Origin: Auanema rhodensis
Lineage: Eukaryota > Animalia > Nematoda
Length of the DNA stretch: 64,000 nucleotides
Reading direction: 5' to 3'
Assembly (NCBI GenBank): GCA_964057225.1
Contig: OZ059899.1
Span: 2,046,001 to 2,110,000, forward strand
Part shown: positions 42,511-56,197 of the stretch, piece by piece
How the letters are laid out: every line of letters begins with the position of its first letter
Position numbering within the stretch: position 1 is the stretch's first letter
Notes under the pieces: generated by a model
Database searches by the model: none
Told to the model about the DNA's origin: nothing
The model's input: only the letters and a program-made list of their open reading frames with translations
Program-made: the position numbers and the translations under genes

Positions 42511-45500
42511 TGTCAAAATGTTTTTGGAAGCAATGTTGAGTGTACATGGAAACTCAACATACACTAATGCATCATTTTTCAAACGATCATAACTAATTTT
42601 TGTATCAAGCGTTTCTCGATGTAGTATAGTGCATTCGATGCGGATTTTTAAGCTGCGTCGATCTGTGTTATCAGATTTGCGCTAACTTAAAAATGCACCG
42701 AGATATCAACTGATATAAGTTCACACTTATATCCTCGATTTTCACCCTGAACAATTAATTTTTTCGTTGAATAACATTGTCCATCGTCTTTGCCTTGAAA
42801 AATGGAATCTAAAAACATCTACTTTTTGCTAAATTATTTTGAAATTTTTCGAAAAAATTTTTGTCAAAATGTTTTTGGAAGCAATGTTGAGTGTACATGG
42901 AAACTCAACATACACTAATGCATCATTTTTCAAACGATCATAACTAATTTTTGTATCAAGCGTTTCTCGATGTAGTATAGTGCATTCGATGCGGATTTTT
43001 AAGCTGCGTCGATCTGTGTTATCAGATTTGCGCTAGCTTAAAAATGCACCGAGATATCAACTGATATAAGTTCACACTTATATCCTCGATTTTCACCCTG
43101 AAGAATTAATTTTTTCGTTGAATAACATTATCCATCGTCTTTGCCTTGAAAAATGGAATCTAAAAACATCTACTTTTTGCTAAATTATTTTGAAATTTTT
43201 CGAAAAAATTTTTGTCAAAATGTTTTTGGAAGCAATGTTGAGTGTACATGGAAACTCAACATACACTAATGCATCATTTTTCAAACGATCATAACTAATT
43301 TTTGTATCAAGCGTTTCTCGATGTAGTATAGTGCATTCGATGCGGATTTTTAAGCTGCGTCGATCTGTGTTATCAGATTTGCGCTAGCTTAAAAATGCAC
43401 CGAGATATCAACTGATATAAGTTCACACTTATATCCTCGATTTTCACCCTGAAGAATTAATTTTTTCGTTGAATAACATTGTCCATCGTCTTTGCCTTGA
43501 AAAATTGAATCTAAAAACATCTACTTTTTGCTAAATTATTTTGAAATTTTTCGAAAAAATTTTTGTCAAAATGTTTTTGGAAGCAATGTTGAGTGTACAT
43601 GGAAACTCAACATACACTAATGCATCATTTTTCAAACGATCATAACTAATTTTTGTATCAAGCGTTTCTCAATGTAGTATAGTGCATTCGATGCGGATTT
43701 TTAAGCTGCGTCGATCTGTGTTATCAGATTTGCGCTAACTTAAAAATGCACCGAGATATCAACTGATATAAGTTCACACTTATATCCTCGATTTTCACCC
43801 TGAACAATTAATTTTTTCGTTGAATAACATTGTCCATCGTCTTTGCCTTGAAAAATGGAATCTAAAAACATCTACTTTTTGCTAAATTATTTTGAAATTT
43901 TTCGAAAAAATTTTTGTCAAAATGTTTTTGGAAGCAATGTTGAGTGTACATGGAAACTCAACATACACTAATGCATCATTTTTCAAACAATCATAATTAA
44001 TTTGTGTATTAAGCGTTTCTCAATGGAGTATAGTGCATTCGATGCGGATTTTTAAGCTGCGTCGATCTGTGTTATCAGATTTGCGCTAGCTTAAAAATGC
44101 ACCGAGATATCAACTGATATAAGTTCACACTTATATCCTCGATTTTCACCCTGAAGAATTGATTTTTTCGTTGAATAATATTGTCTATCGTCTTTGCCTT
44201 AAAAAATGGAATCTAAAAACTTCTACTTTTTGCTAAATTATTTTGAAATTTTTCGAAAAAATTTTTGTCAAAATGTTTTTGGAAGCAATGTTGAGTGTAC
44301 ATGGAAACTCAACATACACTAATGCATCATTTTTCAAACGATCATAACTAATTTTTGTATCAAGCGTTTCTCGATGTAGTATAGTGCATTCGATGAGGAT
44401 TTTTAAGCTGCGTCGATCTGTGTTATCAGATTTGCGCTAACTTAAAAATGCACCGAGATATCAACTGATATAAGTTCACACTTATATCCTCGATTTTCAC
44501 CCTGAACAATTAATTTTTTCGTTGAATAACATTGTCCATCGTCTTTGCCTTGAAAAATGGAATCTAAAAACATCTACTTTTTGCTAAATTATTTTGAAAT
44601 TTTTCGAAAAAATTTTTGTCAAAATGTTTTTGGAAGCAATGTTGAGTGTACATGGAAACTCAACATACACTAATGCATCATTTTTCAAACGATCATAACT
44701 AATTTTTGTATCAAGCGTTTCTCGATGTAGTATAGTGCATTCGATGCGGATTTTTAAGCTGCGTCGATCTGTGTTATCAGATTTGCGCTAGCTTAAAAAT
44801 GCACCGAGATATCAACTGATATAAGTTCACACTTATATCCTCGATTTTCACCCTGAAGAATTAATTTTTTCGTTGAATAACATTATCCATCGTCTTTGCC
44901 TTGAAAAATGGAATCTAAAAACATCTACTTTTTGCTAAATTATTTTGAAATTTTTCGAAAAAATTTTTGTCAAAATGTTTTTGGAAGCAATGTTGAGTGT
45001 ACATGGAAACTCAACATACACTAATGCATCATTTTTCAAACGATCATAACTAATTTTTGTATCAAGCGTTTCTCGATGTAGTATAGTGCATTCGATGCGG
45101 ATTTTTAAGCTGCGTCGATCTGTGTTATCAGATTTGCGCTAGCTTAAAAATGCACTGAGATATCAACTGATATAAGTTCACACTTATATCCTCGATTTTC
45201 ACCCTGAAGAATTAATTTTTTCGTTGAATAACATTGTCCATCGTCTTTGCCTTGAAAAATTGAATCTAAAAACATCTACTTTTTGCTAAATTATTTTGAA
45301 ATTTTTCGAAAAAATTTTTGTCAAAATGTTTTTGGAAGCAATGTTGAGTGTACATGGAAACTCAACATACACTAATGCATCATTTTTCAAACGATCATAA
45401 CTAATTTTTGTATCAAGCGTTTCTCGATGTAGTATAGTGCATTCGATGCGGATTTTTAAGCTGCGTCGATCTGTGTTATCAGATTTGCGCTAGCTTAAAA

Positions 45501-48126
45501 ATGCACCGAGATATCAACTGATATAAGTTCACACTTATATCCTCGATTTTCACCCTGAAGAATTAATTTTTTCGTTGAATAACATTGTCCATCGTCTTTG
45601 CCTTGAAAAATTGAATCTAAAAACATCTACTTTTTGCTAAATTATTTTGAAATTTTTCGAAAAAATTTTTGTCAAAATGTTTTTGGAAGCAATGTTGAGT
45701 GTACATGGAAACTCAACATACACTAATGCATCATTTTTCAAACGATCATAACTAATTTTTGTATCAAGCGTTTCTCAATGTAGTATAGTGCATTCGATGC
45801 GGATTTTTAAGCTGCGTCGATCTGTGTTATCAGATTTGCGCTAACTTAAAAATGCACCGAGATATCAACTGATATAAGTTCACACTTATATCCTCGATTT
45901 TCACCCTGAACAATTAATTTTTTCGTTGAATAACATTGTCCATCGTCTTTGCCTTGAAAAATGGAATCTAAAAACATCTACTTTTTGCTAAATTATTTTG
46001 AAATTTTTCGAAAAAATTTTTGTCAAAATGTTTTTGGAAGCAATGTTGAGTGTACATGGAAACTCAACATACACTAATGCATCATTTTTCAAACAATCAT
46101 AATTAATTTGTGTATTAAGCGTTTCTCAATGGAGTATAGTGCATTCGATGCGGATTTTTAAGCTGCGTCGATCTGTGTTATCAGATTTGCGCTAGCTTAA
46201 AAATGCACCGAGATATCAACTGATATAAGTTCACACTTATATCCTCGATTTTCACCCTGAAGAATTGATTTTTTCGTTGAATAATATTGTCTATCGTCTT
46301 TGCCTTAAAAAATGGAATCTAAAAACTTCTACTTTTTGCTAAATTATTTTGAAATTTTTCGAAAAAATTTTTGTCAAAATGTTTTTGGAAGCAATGTTGA
46401 GTGTACATGGAAACTCAACATACACTAATGCATCATTTTTCAAACGATCATAACTAATTTTTGTATCAAGCGTTTCTCGATGTAGTATAGTGCATTCGAT
46501 GAGGATTTTTAAGCTGCGTCGATCTGTGTTATCAGATTTGCGCTAACTTAAAAATGCACCGAGATATCAACTGATATAAGTTCACACTTATATCCTCGAT
46601 TTTCACCCTGAACAATTAATTTTTTCGTTGAATAACATTGTCCATCGTCTTTGCCTTGAAAAATGGAATCTAAAAACATCTACTTTTTGCTAAATTATTT
46701 TGAAATTTTTCGAAAAAATTTTTGTCAAAATGTTTTTGGAAGCAATGTTGAGTGTACATGGAAACTCAACATACACTAATGCATCATTTTTCAAACGATC
46801 ATAACTAATTTTTGTATCAAGCGTTTCTCGATGTAGTATAGTGCATTCGATGCGGATTTTTAAGCTGCGTCGATCTGTGTTATCAGATTTGCGCTAGCTT
46901 AAAAATGCACCGAGATATCAACTGATATAAGTTCACACTTATATCCTCGATTTTCACCCTGAAGAATTAATTTTTTCGTTGAATAACATTATCCATCGTC
47001 TTTGCCTTGAAAAATGGAATCTAAAAACATCTACTTTTTGCTAAATTATTTTGAAATTTTTCGAAAAAATTTTTGTCAAAATGTTTTTGGAAGCAATGTT
47101 GAGTGTACATGGAAACTCAACATACACTAATGCATCATTTTTCAAACGATCATAACTAATTTTTGTATCAAGCGTTTCTCGATGTAGTATAGTGCATTCG
47201 ATGCGGATTTTTAAGCTGCGTCGATCTGTGTTATCAGATTTGCGCTAGCTTAAAAATGCACTGAGATATCAACTGATATAAGTTCACACTTATATCCTCG
47301 ATTTTCACCCTGAAGAATTAATTTTTTCGTTGAATAACATTGTCCATCGTCTTTGCCTTGAAAAATTGAATCTAAAAACATCTACTTTTTGCTAAATTAT
47401 TTTGAAATTTTTCGAAAAAATTTTTGTCAAAATGTTTTTGGAAGCAATGTTGAGTGTACATGGAAACTCAACATACACTAATGCATCATTTTTCAAACGA
47501 TCATAACTAATTTTTGTATCAAGCGTTTCTCAATGTAGTATAGTGCATTCGATGCGGATTTTTAAGCTGCGTCGATCTGTGTTATCAGATTTGCGCTAAC
47601 TTAAAAATGCACCGAGATATCAACTGATATAAGTTCACACTTATATCCTCGATTTTCACCCTGAACAATTAATTTTTTCGTTGAATAACATTGTCCATCG
47701 TCTTTGCCTTGAAAAATGGAATCTAAAAACATCTACTTTTTGCTAAATTATTTTGAAATTTTTCGAAAAAATTTTTGTCAAAATGTTTTTGGAAGCAATG
47801 TTGAGTGTACATGGAAACTCAACATACACTAATGCATCATTTTTCAAACAATCATAATTAATTTGTGTATTAAGCGTTTCTCAATGGAGTATAGTGCATT
47901 CGATGCGGATTTTTAAGCTGCGTCGATCTGTGTTATCAGATTTGCGCTAGCTTAAAAATGCACCGAGATATCAACTGATATAAGTTCACACTTATATCCT
48001 CGATTTTCACCCTGAAGAATTGATTTTTTCGTTGAATAATATTGTCTATCGTCTTTGCCTTAAAAAATGGAATCTAAAAACTTCTACTTTTTGCTAAATT
48101 ATTTTGAAATTTTTCGAAAAAATTTT
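42511..48126. repeat. Pentameric higher-order unit x3, the middle copy expanded to 6 monomers
   Basis: A multi-SNP monomer recurs at 43915, 46021 and 47776. Private markers GATGAGG (44396/46502) and CACTGAG (45156/47262) are 2106 bp apart. Confidence 0.8.
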
Positions 48127-49881
48127 TGTCAAAATGTTTTTGGAAGCAATGTTGAGTGTACATGGAAACTCAACATACACTAATGCATCATTTTTCAAAC
48201 GATCATAACTAATTTTTGTATCAAGCGTTTCTCAATGTAGTATAGTGCATTCGATGCGGATTTTTAAGCTGCGTCGATCTGTGTTATCAGATTTGCGCTA
48301 GCTTAAAAATGCACCGAGATATCAACTGATATAAGTTCACACTTATATCCTCGATTTTCACCCTGAAGAATTAATTTTTTCGTTGAATAACATTGTCCAT
48401 CGTCTTTGCCTTGAAAAAAGGAATCTAAAAACATCTACTTTTTGCTAAATTATTTTGAAATTTTTGGAAAAAATTTTTGTCAAAATGTTTTTGGAAGCAA
48501 TGTTGAGTGTACATGGAAACTCAACATACACTAATGCATCATTTTTCAAACGATCATAACTAATTTTTGTATTAAGCGTTTCTCAATGTAGTATAGTGCA
48601 TTCGATGCGAATTTTTAAGCTGCGTCGATCTGTGTTATCAGATTTGCGCTAGCTTAAAAATGCACCGAGATATCAACTGATATAAGTTCACACTTATATC
48701 CTCGATTTTCAACCTGAAGAATTAATTTTTTCGTTGAATAGCATTGTCCATCGTCTTTGCCTTGAAAAAAGGAATCTAAAAACATCTACTTTTTGCTAAA
48801 TTATTTTGAAATTTTTCGAAAAAATTTTTGTCAAAATGTTTTTGGAAGCAATGTTGAGTGTACATGGAAACTCAACATACACTAATGCATCATTTTTCAA
48901 ACGATCATAACTAATTTTTGTATCAAGCGTTTCTCGATGTAGTATAGTGCATTCGATGCGGATTTTTAAGCTGCGTCGATCTGTGTTATCAGATTTGCGC
49001 TAGCTTACAAATGCACCGAGATATCAACTGATATAAGTTCACACTTATATCCTCGATTTTCACCCTGAAGAATTAATTTTTTCGTTGAATAGCATTGTCC
49101 ATCGTCTTTGCCTTGAAAAAAGGAATCTAAAAACATCTACTTTTTGCTAAATTATTTTGAAATTTTTCGAAAAAATTTTTGTCAAAATGTTTTTGGAAGC
49201 AATGTTGAGTGTACATGGAAACTCAACATACACTAATGCATCATTTTTCAAACGATCATAACTAATTTTTGTATCAAGCGTTTCTCGATGTAGTATAGTG
49301 CATTCGATGCGGATTTTTAAGCTGCGTCGATCTGTGTTATCAGATTTGCGCTAGCTTACAAATGCACCGAGATATCAACTGATATAAGTTCACACTTATA
49401 TCCTCGATTTTCACCCTGAAGAATTAATTTTTTCGTTGAATAACATTGTCCATCGTCTTTGCCTTGGAAAATGGAATCTAAAAACATCTACTTTTCGCTA
49501 AATTATTTTGAAATTTTTCGAAAAAATTTTTGTCAAAATGTTTTTGGAAGCAATGTTGAGTGTACATGGAAACTCAACATACACTAATGCATCATTTTTC
49601 AAACAATCATAATTAATTTGTGTATTAAGCGTTTCTCAATGGAGTATAGTGCATTCGATGCGGATTTTTAAGCTGCGTCGATCTGTGTTATCAGATTTGC
49701 GCTAGCTTAAAAATGCACCGAGATATCAACTGATATAAGTTCACACTTATATCCTCGATTTTCACCCTGAAGAATTGATTTTTTCGTTGAATAATATTGT
49801 CTATCGTCTTTGCCTTAAAAAATGGAATCTAAAAACTTCTACTTTTTGCTAAATTATTTTGAAATTTTTCGAAAAAATTTT

Positions 49882-51985
49882 TGTCAAAATGTTTTTGGAA
49901 GCAATGTTGAGTGTACATGGAAATTCAACATACACTAATGCATCATTTTTCAAACGATCATAACTAATTTTTGTATCAAGCGTTTCTCAATGTAGTATAG
50001 TGCATTCGATGCGGATTTTTAAGCTGCGTCGATCTGTGTTATCAGATTTGCGCTAGCTTAAAAATGCACCGAGATATCAACTGATATAAGTTCACACTTA
50101 TATCCTCGATTTTCACCCTGAAGAATTAATTTTTTCGTTGAATAACATTGTCCATCGTCTTTGCTTTGAAAAAAGGAATCTAAAAACATCTACTTTTTGC
50201 TAAATTATTTTGAACTTTTGGAAAAAATTTTTGTCAAAATGTTTTTGGAAGCAATGTTGAGTGTACATGGAAACTCAACATACACTAATGCATCATTTTT
50301 CAAACGATCATAACTAATTTTTGTATTAAGCGTTTCTCAATGTAGTATAGTGCATTCGATGCGAATTTTTAAGCTGCGTCGATCTGTGTTATCAGATTTG
50401 CGCTAACTTAAAAATGCACCGAGATATCAACTGATATAAGTTCACACTTATATCCTCGATTTTCACCCTGAAGAATTAATTTTTTCGTTGAATAACATTA
50501 TCCATCGTCTTTGCCTTGAAAAATGGAATCTAAAAACATCTACTTTTTGCTAAATTATTTTGAAATTTTTCGAAAAAATTTTTGTCAAAATGTTTTTGGA
50601 AGCAATGTTGAGTGTACATGGAAACTCAACATACACTAATGCATCATTTTTCAAACGATCATAACTAATTTTTGTATCAAGCGTTTCTCAATGTAGTATA
50701 GTGCATTCGATGCGGATTTTTAAGCTGCGTCGATCTGTGTTATCAGATTTGCGCTAACTTAAAAATGCACCGAGATATCAACTGATATAAGTTCACACTT
50801 ATATCCTCGATTTTCACCCTGAACAATTAATTTTTTCGTTGAATAACATTGTCCATCGTCTTTGCCTTGAAAAATGGAATCTAAAAACATCTACTTTTTG
50901 CTAAATTATTTTGAAATTTTTCGAAAAAATTTTTGTCAAAATGTTTTTGGAAGCAATGTTGAGTGTACATGGAAACTCAACATACACTAATGCATCATTT
51001 TTCAAACGATCATAACTAATTTTTGTATCAAGCGTTTCTCAATGTAGTATAGTGCATTCGATGCGGATTTTTAAGCTGCGTCGATCTGTGTTATCAGATT
51101 TGCGCTAGCTTAAAAATGCACCGAGATATCAACTGATATAAGTTCACACTTATATCCTCGATTTTCACCCTGAAGAATTAATTTTTTCGTTGAATAACAT
51201 TGTCCATCGTCTTTGCTTTGAAAAAAGGAATCTAAAAACATCTACTTTTTGCTAAATTATTTTGAACTTTTGGAAAAAATTTTTGTCAAAATGTTTTTGG
51301 AAGCAATGTTGAGTGTACATGGAAACTCAACATACACTAATGCATCATTTTTCAAACGATCATAACTAATTTTTGTATTAAGCGTTTCTCAATGTAGTAT
51401 AGTGCATTCGATGCGAATTTTTAAGCTGCGTCGATCTGTGTTATCAGATTTGCGCTAACTTAAAAATGCACCGAGATATCAACTGATATAAGTTCACACT
51501 TATATCCTCGATTTTCACCCTGAAGAATTAATTTTTTCGTTGAATAACATTATCCATCGTCTTTGCCTTGAAAAATGGAATCTAAAAACATCTACTTTTT
51601 GCTAAATTATTTTGAAATTTTTCGAAAAAATTTTTGTCAAAATGTTTTTGGAAGCAATGTTGAGTGTACATGGAAACTCAACATACACTAATGCATCATT
51701 TTTCAAACGATCATAACTAATTTTTGTATCAAGCGTTTCTCAATGTAGTATAGTGCATTCGATGCGGATTTTTAAGCTGCGTCGATCTGTGTTATCAGAT
51801 TTGCGCTAACTTAAAAATGCACCGAGATATCAACTGATATAAGTTCACACTTATATCCTCGATTTTCACCCTGAACAATTAATTTTTTCGTTGAATAACA
51901 TTGTCCATCGTCTTTGCCTTGAAAAATGGAATCTAAAAACATCTACTTTTTGCTAAATTATTTTGAAATTTTTCGAAAAAATTTT
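49882..51985. repeat. Trimer x2 (1052 bp), each beginning with a 350-bp deletion monomer
   Basis: TGAACTTTTGG replaces TGAAATTTTTCG, with the C at 50215 and 51267 (1052 bp apart). The phase shifts by -1 each time. Confidence 0.88.
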
Positions 51986-53038
51986 TGTCAAAATGTTTTT
52001 GGAAGCAATGTTGAGTGTACATGGAAACTCAACATACACTAATGCATCATTTTTCAAACGATCATAACTAATTTTTGTATCAAACGTTTCTCAATGTAGT
52101 ATAGTGCATTCGATGCGGATTTTTAAGCTGCGTCGATCTGTGTTATCAGATTTGCGCTAGCTTAAAAATGCACCGAGATATCAACTGATATAAGTTCACA
52201 CTTATATCCTCGATTTTCACCCTGAACAATTAATTTTTTCGTTGAATAACATTGTCCATCGTCTTTGCCTTGAAAAATGGAATCTAAAAACATCTACTTT
52301 TTGCTAAATTATTTTGAAATTTTTCGAAAAAATTTTTGTCAAAATGTTTTTGGAAGCAATGTTGAGTGTACATGGAAGCTCAACATACACTAATGCATCA
52401 TTTTTCAAACGATCATAACTAATTTTTGTATTAAGCGTTTCTCAATGTAGTATAGTGCATTCGATGCGGATTTTTAAGCTGCGTCGATCTGTGTTATCAG
52501 ATTTGCGCTAGCTTAAAAATGCACCGAGATATCAACTGATATAAGTTCACACTTATATCCTCGATTTTCACCCTGAACAATTAATTTTTTCGTTGAATAA
52601 CATTGTCCATCGTCTTTGCCTTGAAAAATGGAATCTAAAAACATCTACTTTTTGCTAAATTATTTTGAAATTTTTCGAAAAAATTTTTGTCAAAATGTTT
52701 TTGGAAGCAATGTTGAGTGTACATGGAAACTCAACATACACTAATGCATCATTTTTCAAACGATCATAACTAATTTTTGTATTAAGCGTTTCTCAATGTA
52801 GTATAGTGCATTCGATGCGGATTTTTAAGCTGCGTCGATCTGTGTTATCAGATTTGCGCTAGCTTAAAAATGCACCGAGATATCAACTGATATAAGTTCA
52901 CACTTATATCCTCGATTTTCACCCTGAAGAATTAATTTTTTCGTTGAATAACATTATCCATCGTCTTTGCCTTGAAAAATGGAATCTAAAAACATCTACT
53001 TTTTGCTAAATTATTTTGAAATTTTTCGAAAAAATTTT

Positions 53039-56000
53039 TGTCAAAATGTTTTTGGAAGCAATGTTGAGTGTACATGGAAACTCAACATACACTAATGCAT
53101 CATTTTTCAAACGATCATAACTAATTTTTGTATCAAGCGTTTCTCAATGTAGTATAGTGCATTCGATGCGGATTTTTAAACTGCGTCGATCTGTGTTATC
53201 AGATTTGCGCTAACTTAAAAATGCATCGAGATATCAACTGATATAAGTTCACACTTATATCCTCGATTTTCACCCTGAACAATTAATTTTTTCGTTGAAT
53301 AACATTGTCTATCGTCTTTGCCTTGAAAAATGGAATCTAAAAACATCTACTTTTTGCTAAATTATTTTGAAATTTTTCGAAAAAATTTTTGTCAAAATGT
53401 TTTTGGAAGCAATGTTGAGTGTACATGGAAACTCAACATACACTAATGCATCATTTTTCAAACGATCATAACTAATTTTTGTATCAAGCTTTTCTCAATG
53501 TAGTATAGTGCATTCGATGCGGATTTTTAAGCTGCGTCGATCTGTGTTATCAGATTTGCGCTAGCTTAAAAATGCACCGAGATATCAACTGATATAAGTT
53601 CACACTTATATCCTCGATTTTCACCCTGAACAATTAATTTTTTCGTTGAATAACATTGTCCATCGTCTTTGCCTTGAAAAATGGAATCTAAAAACATCTA
53701 CTTTTTGCTAAATTATTTTGAAATTTTTCGAAAAAATTTTTGTCAAAATGTTTTTGGAAGCAATGTTGAGTGTACATGGAAACTCAACATACACTAATGC
53801 ATCATTTTTCAAACGATCATAACTAATTTTTGTATCAAGCGTTTCTCGATGTAGTATAGTGCATTCGATGCGGATTTTTAAGCTGCGTCGATCTGTGTTA
53901 TCAGATTTGCGCTAGCTTAAAAATGCACCGAGATATCAACTGATATAAGTTCACACTTATATCCTCGATTTTCACCCTGAAGAATTAATTTTTTCGTTGA
54001 ATAACATTGTCTATCGTCTTTGCCTTGAAAAATGGAATCTAAAAACATCTACTTTTTGCTAAATTATTTTGAAATTTTTCGAAAAAATTTTTGTCAAAAT
54101 GTTTTTGGAAGCAATGTTGAGTGTACATGGAAACTCAACATACACTAATGCATCATTTTTCAAACGATCATAACTAATTTTTGTATCAAGCGTTTCTCAA
54201 TGTAGTATAGTGCATTCGATGCGGATTTTTAAGCTGCGTCGATCTGTGTTATCAGATTTGCGCTAACTTAAAAATGCATCGAGATATCAACTGATATAAG
54301 TTCACACTTATATCCTCGATTTTCACCCTGAACAATTAATTTTTTCGTTGAATAACATTGTCTATCGTCTTTGCCTTGAAAAATGGAATCTAAAAACATC
54401 TACTTTTTGCTAAATTATTTTGAAATTTTTCGAAAAAATTTTTGTCAAAATGTTTTTGGAAGCAATGTTGAGTGTACATGGAAACTCAACATACACTAAT
54501 GCATCATTTTTCAAACGATCATAACTAATTTTTGTATCAAGCTTTTCTCAATGTAGTATAGTGCATTCGATGCGGATTTTTAAGCTGCGTCGATCTGTGT
54601 TATCAGATTTGCGCTAGCTTAAAAATGCACCGAGATATCAACTGATATAAGTTCACACTTATATCCTCGATTTTCACCCTGAACAATTAATTTTTTCGTT
54701 GAATAACATTGTCCATCGTCTTTGCCTTGAAAAATGGAATCTAAAAACATCTACTTTTTGCTAAATTATTTTGAAATTTTTCGAAAAAATTTTTGTCAAA
54801 ATGTTTTTGGAAGCAATGTTGAGTGTACATGGAAACTCAACATACACTAATGCATCATTTTTCAAACGATCATAACTAATTTTTGTATCAAGCGTTTCTC
54901 GATGTAGTATAGTGCATTCGATGCGGATTTTTAAGCTGCGTCGATCTGTGTTATCAGATTTGCGCTAGCTTAAAAATGCACCGAGATATCAACTGATATA
55001 AGTTCACACTTATATCCTCGATTTTCACCCTGAAGAATTAATTTTTTCGTTGAATAACATTGTCTATCGTCTTTGCCTTGAAAAATGGAATCTAAAAACA
55101 TCTACTTTTTGCTAAATTATTTTGAAATTTTTCGAAAAAATTTTTGTCAAAATGTTTTTGGAAGCAATGTTGAGTGTACATGGAAACTCAACATACACTA
55201 ATGCATCATTTTTCAAACGATCATAACTAATTTTTGTATCAAGCGTTTCTCAATGTAGTATAGTGCATTCGATGCGGATTTTTAAGCTGCGTCGATCTGT
55301 GTTATCAGATTTGCGCTAACTTAAAAATGCATCGAGATATCAACTGATATAAGTTCACACTTATATCCTCGATTTTCACCCTGAACAATTAATTTTTTCG
55401 TTGAATAACATTGTCTATCGTCTTTGCCTTGAAAAATGGAATCTAAAAACATCTACTTTTTGCTAAATTATTTTGAAATTTTTCGAAAAAATTTTTGTCA
55501 AAATGTTTTTGGAAGCAATGTTGAGTGTACATGGAAACTCAACATACACTAATGCATCATTTTTCAAACGATCATAACTAATTTTTGTATCAAGCTTTTC
55601 TCAATGTAGTATAGTGCATTCGATGCGGATTTTTAAGCTGCGTCGATCTGTGTTATCAGATTTGCGCTAGCTTAAAAATGCACCGAGATATCAACTGATA
55701 TAAGTTCACACTTATATCCTCGATTTTCACCCTGAACAATTAATTTTTTCGTTGAATAACATTGTCCATCGTCTTTGCCTTGAAAAATGGAATCTAAAAA
55801 CATCTACTTTTTGCTAAATTATTTTGAAATTTTTCGAAAAAATTTTTGTCAAAATGTTTTTGGAAGCAATGTTGAGTGTACATGGAAACTCAACATACAC
55901 TAATGCATCATTTTTCAAACGATCATAACTAATTTTTGTATCAAGCGTTTCTCGATGTAGTATAGTGCATTCGATGCGGATTTTTAAGCTGCGTCGATCT

Positions 56001-56197
56001 GTGTTATCAGATTTGCGCTAGCTTAAAAATGCACCGAGATATCAACTGATATAAGTTCACACTTATATCCTCGATTTTCACCCTGAAGAATTAATTTTTT
56101 CGTTGAATAACATTGTCTATCGTCTTTGCCTTGAAAAATGGAATCTAAAAACATCTACTTTTTGCTAAATTATTTTGAAATTTTTCGAAAAAATTTT
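53039..56197. repeat. Trimeric higher-order unit x3 (1053 bp)
   Basis: The GCATCGAG variant lies at 53226, 54279 and 55332. Each is followed by an AAGCTT monomer and then a CTCGATG monomer. Confidence 0.88.
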
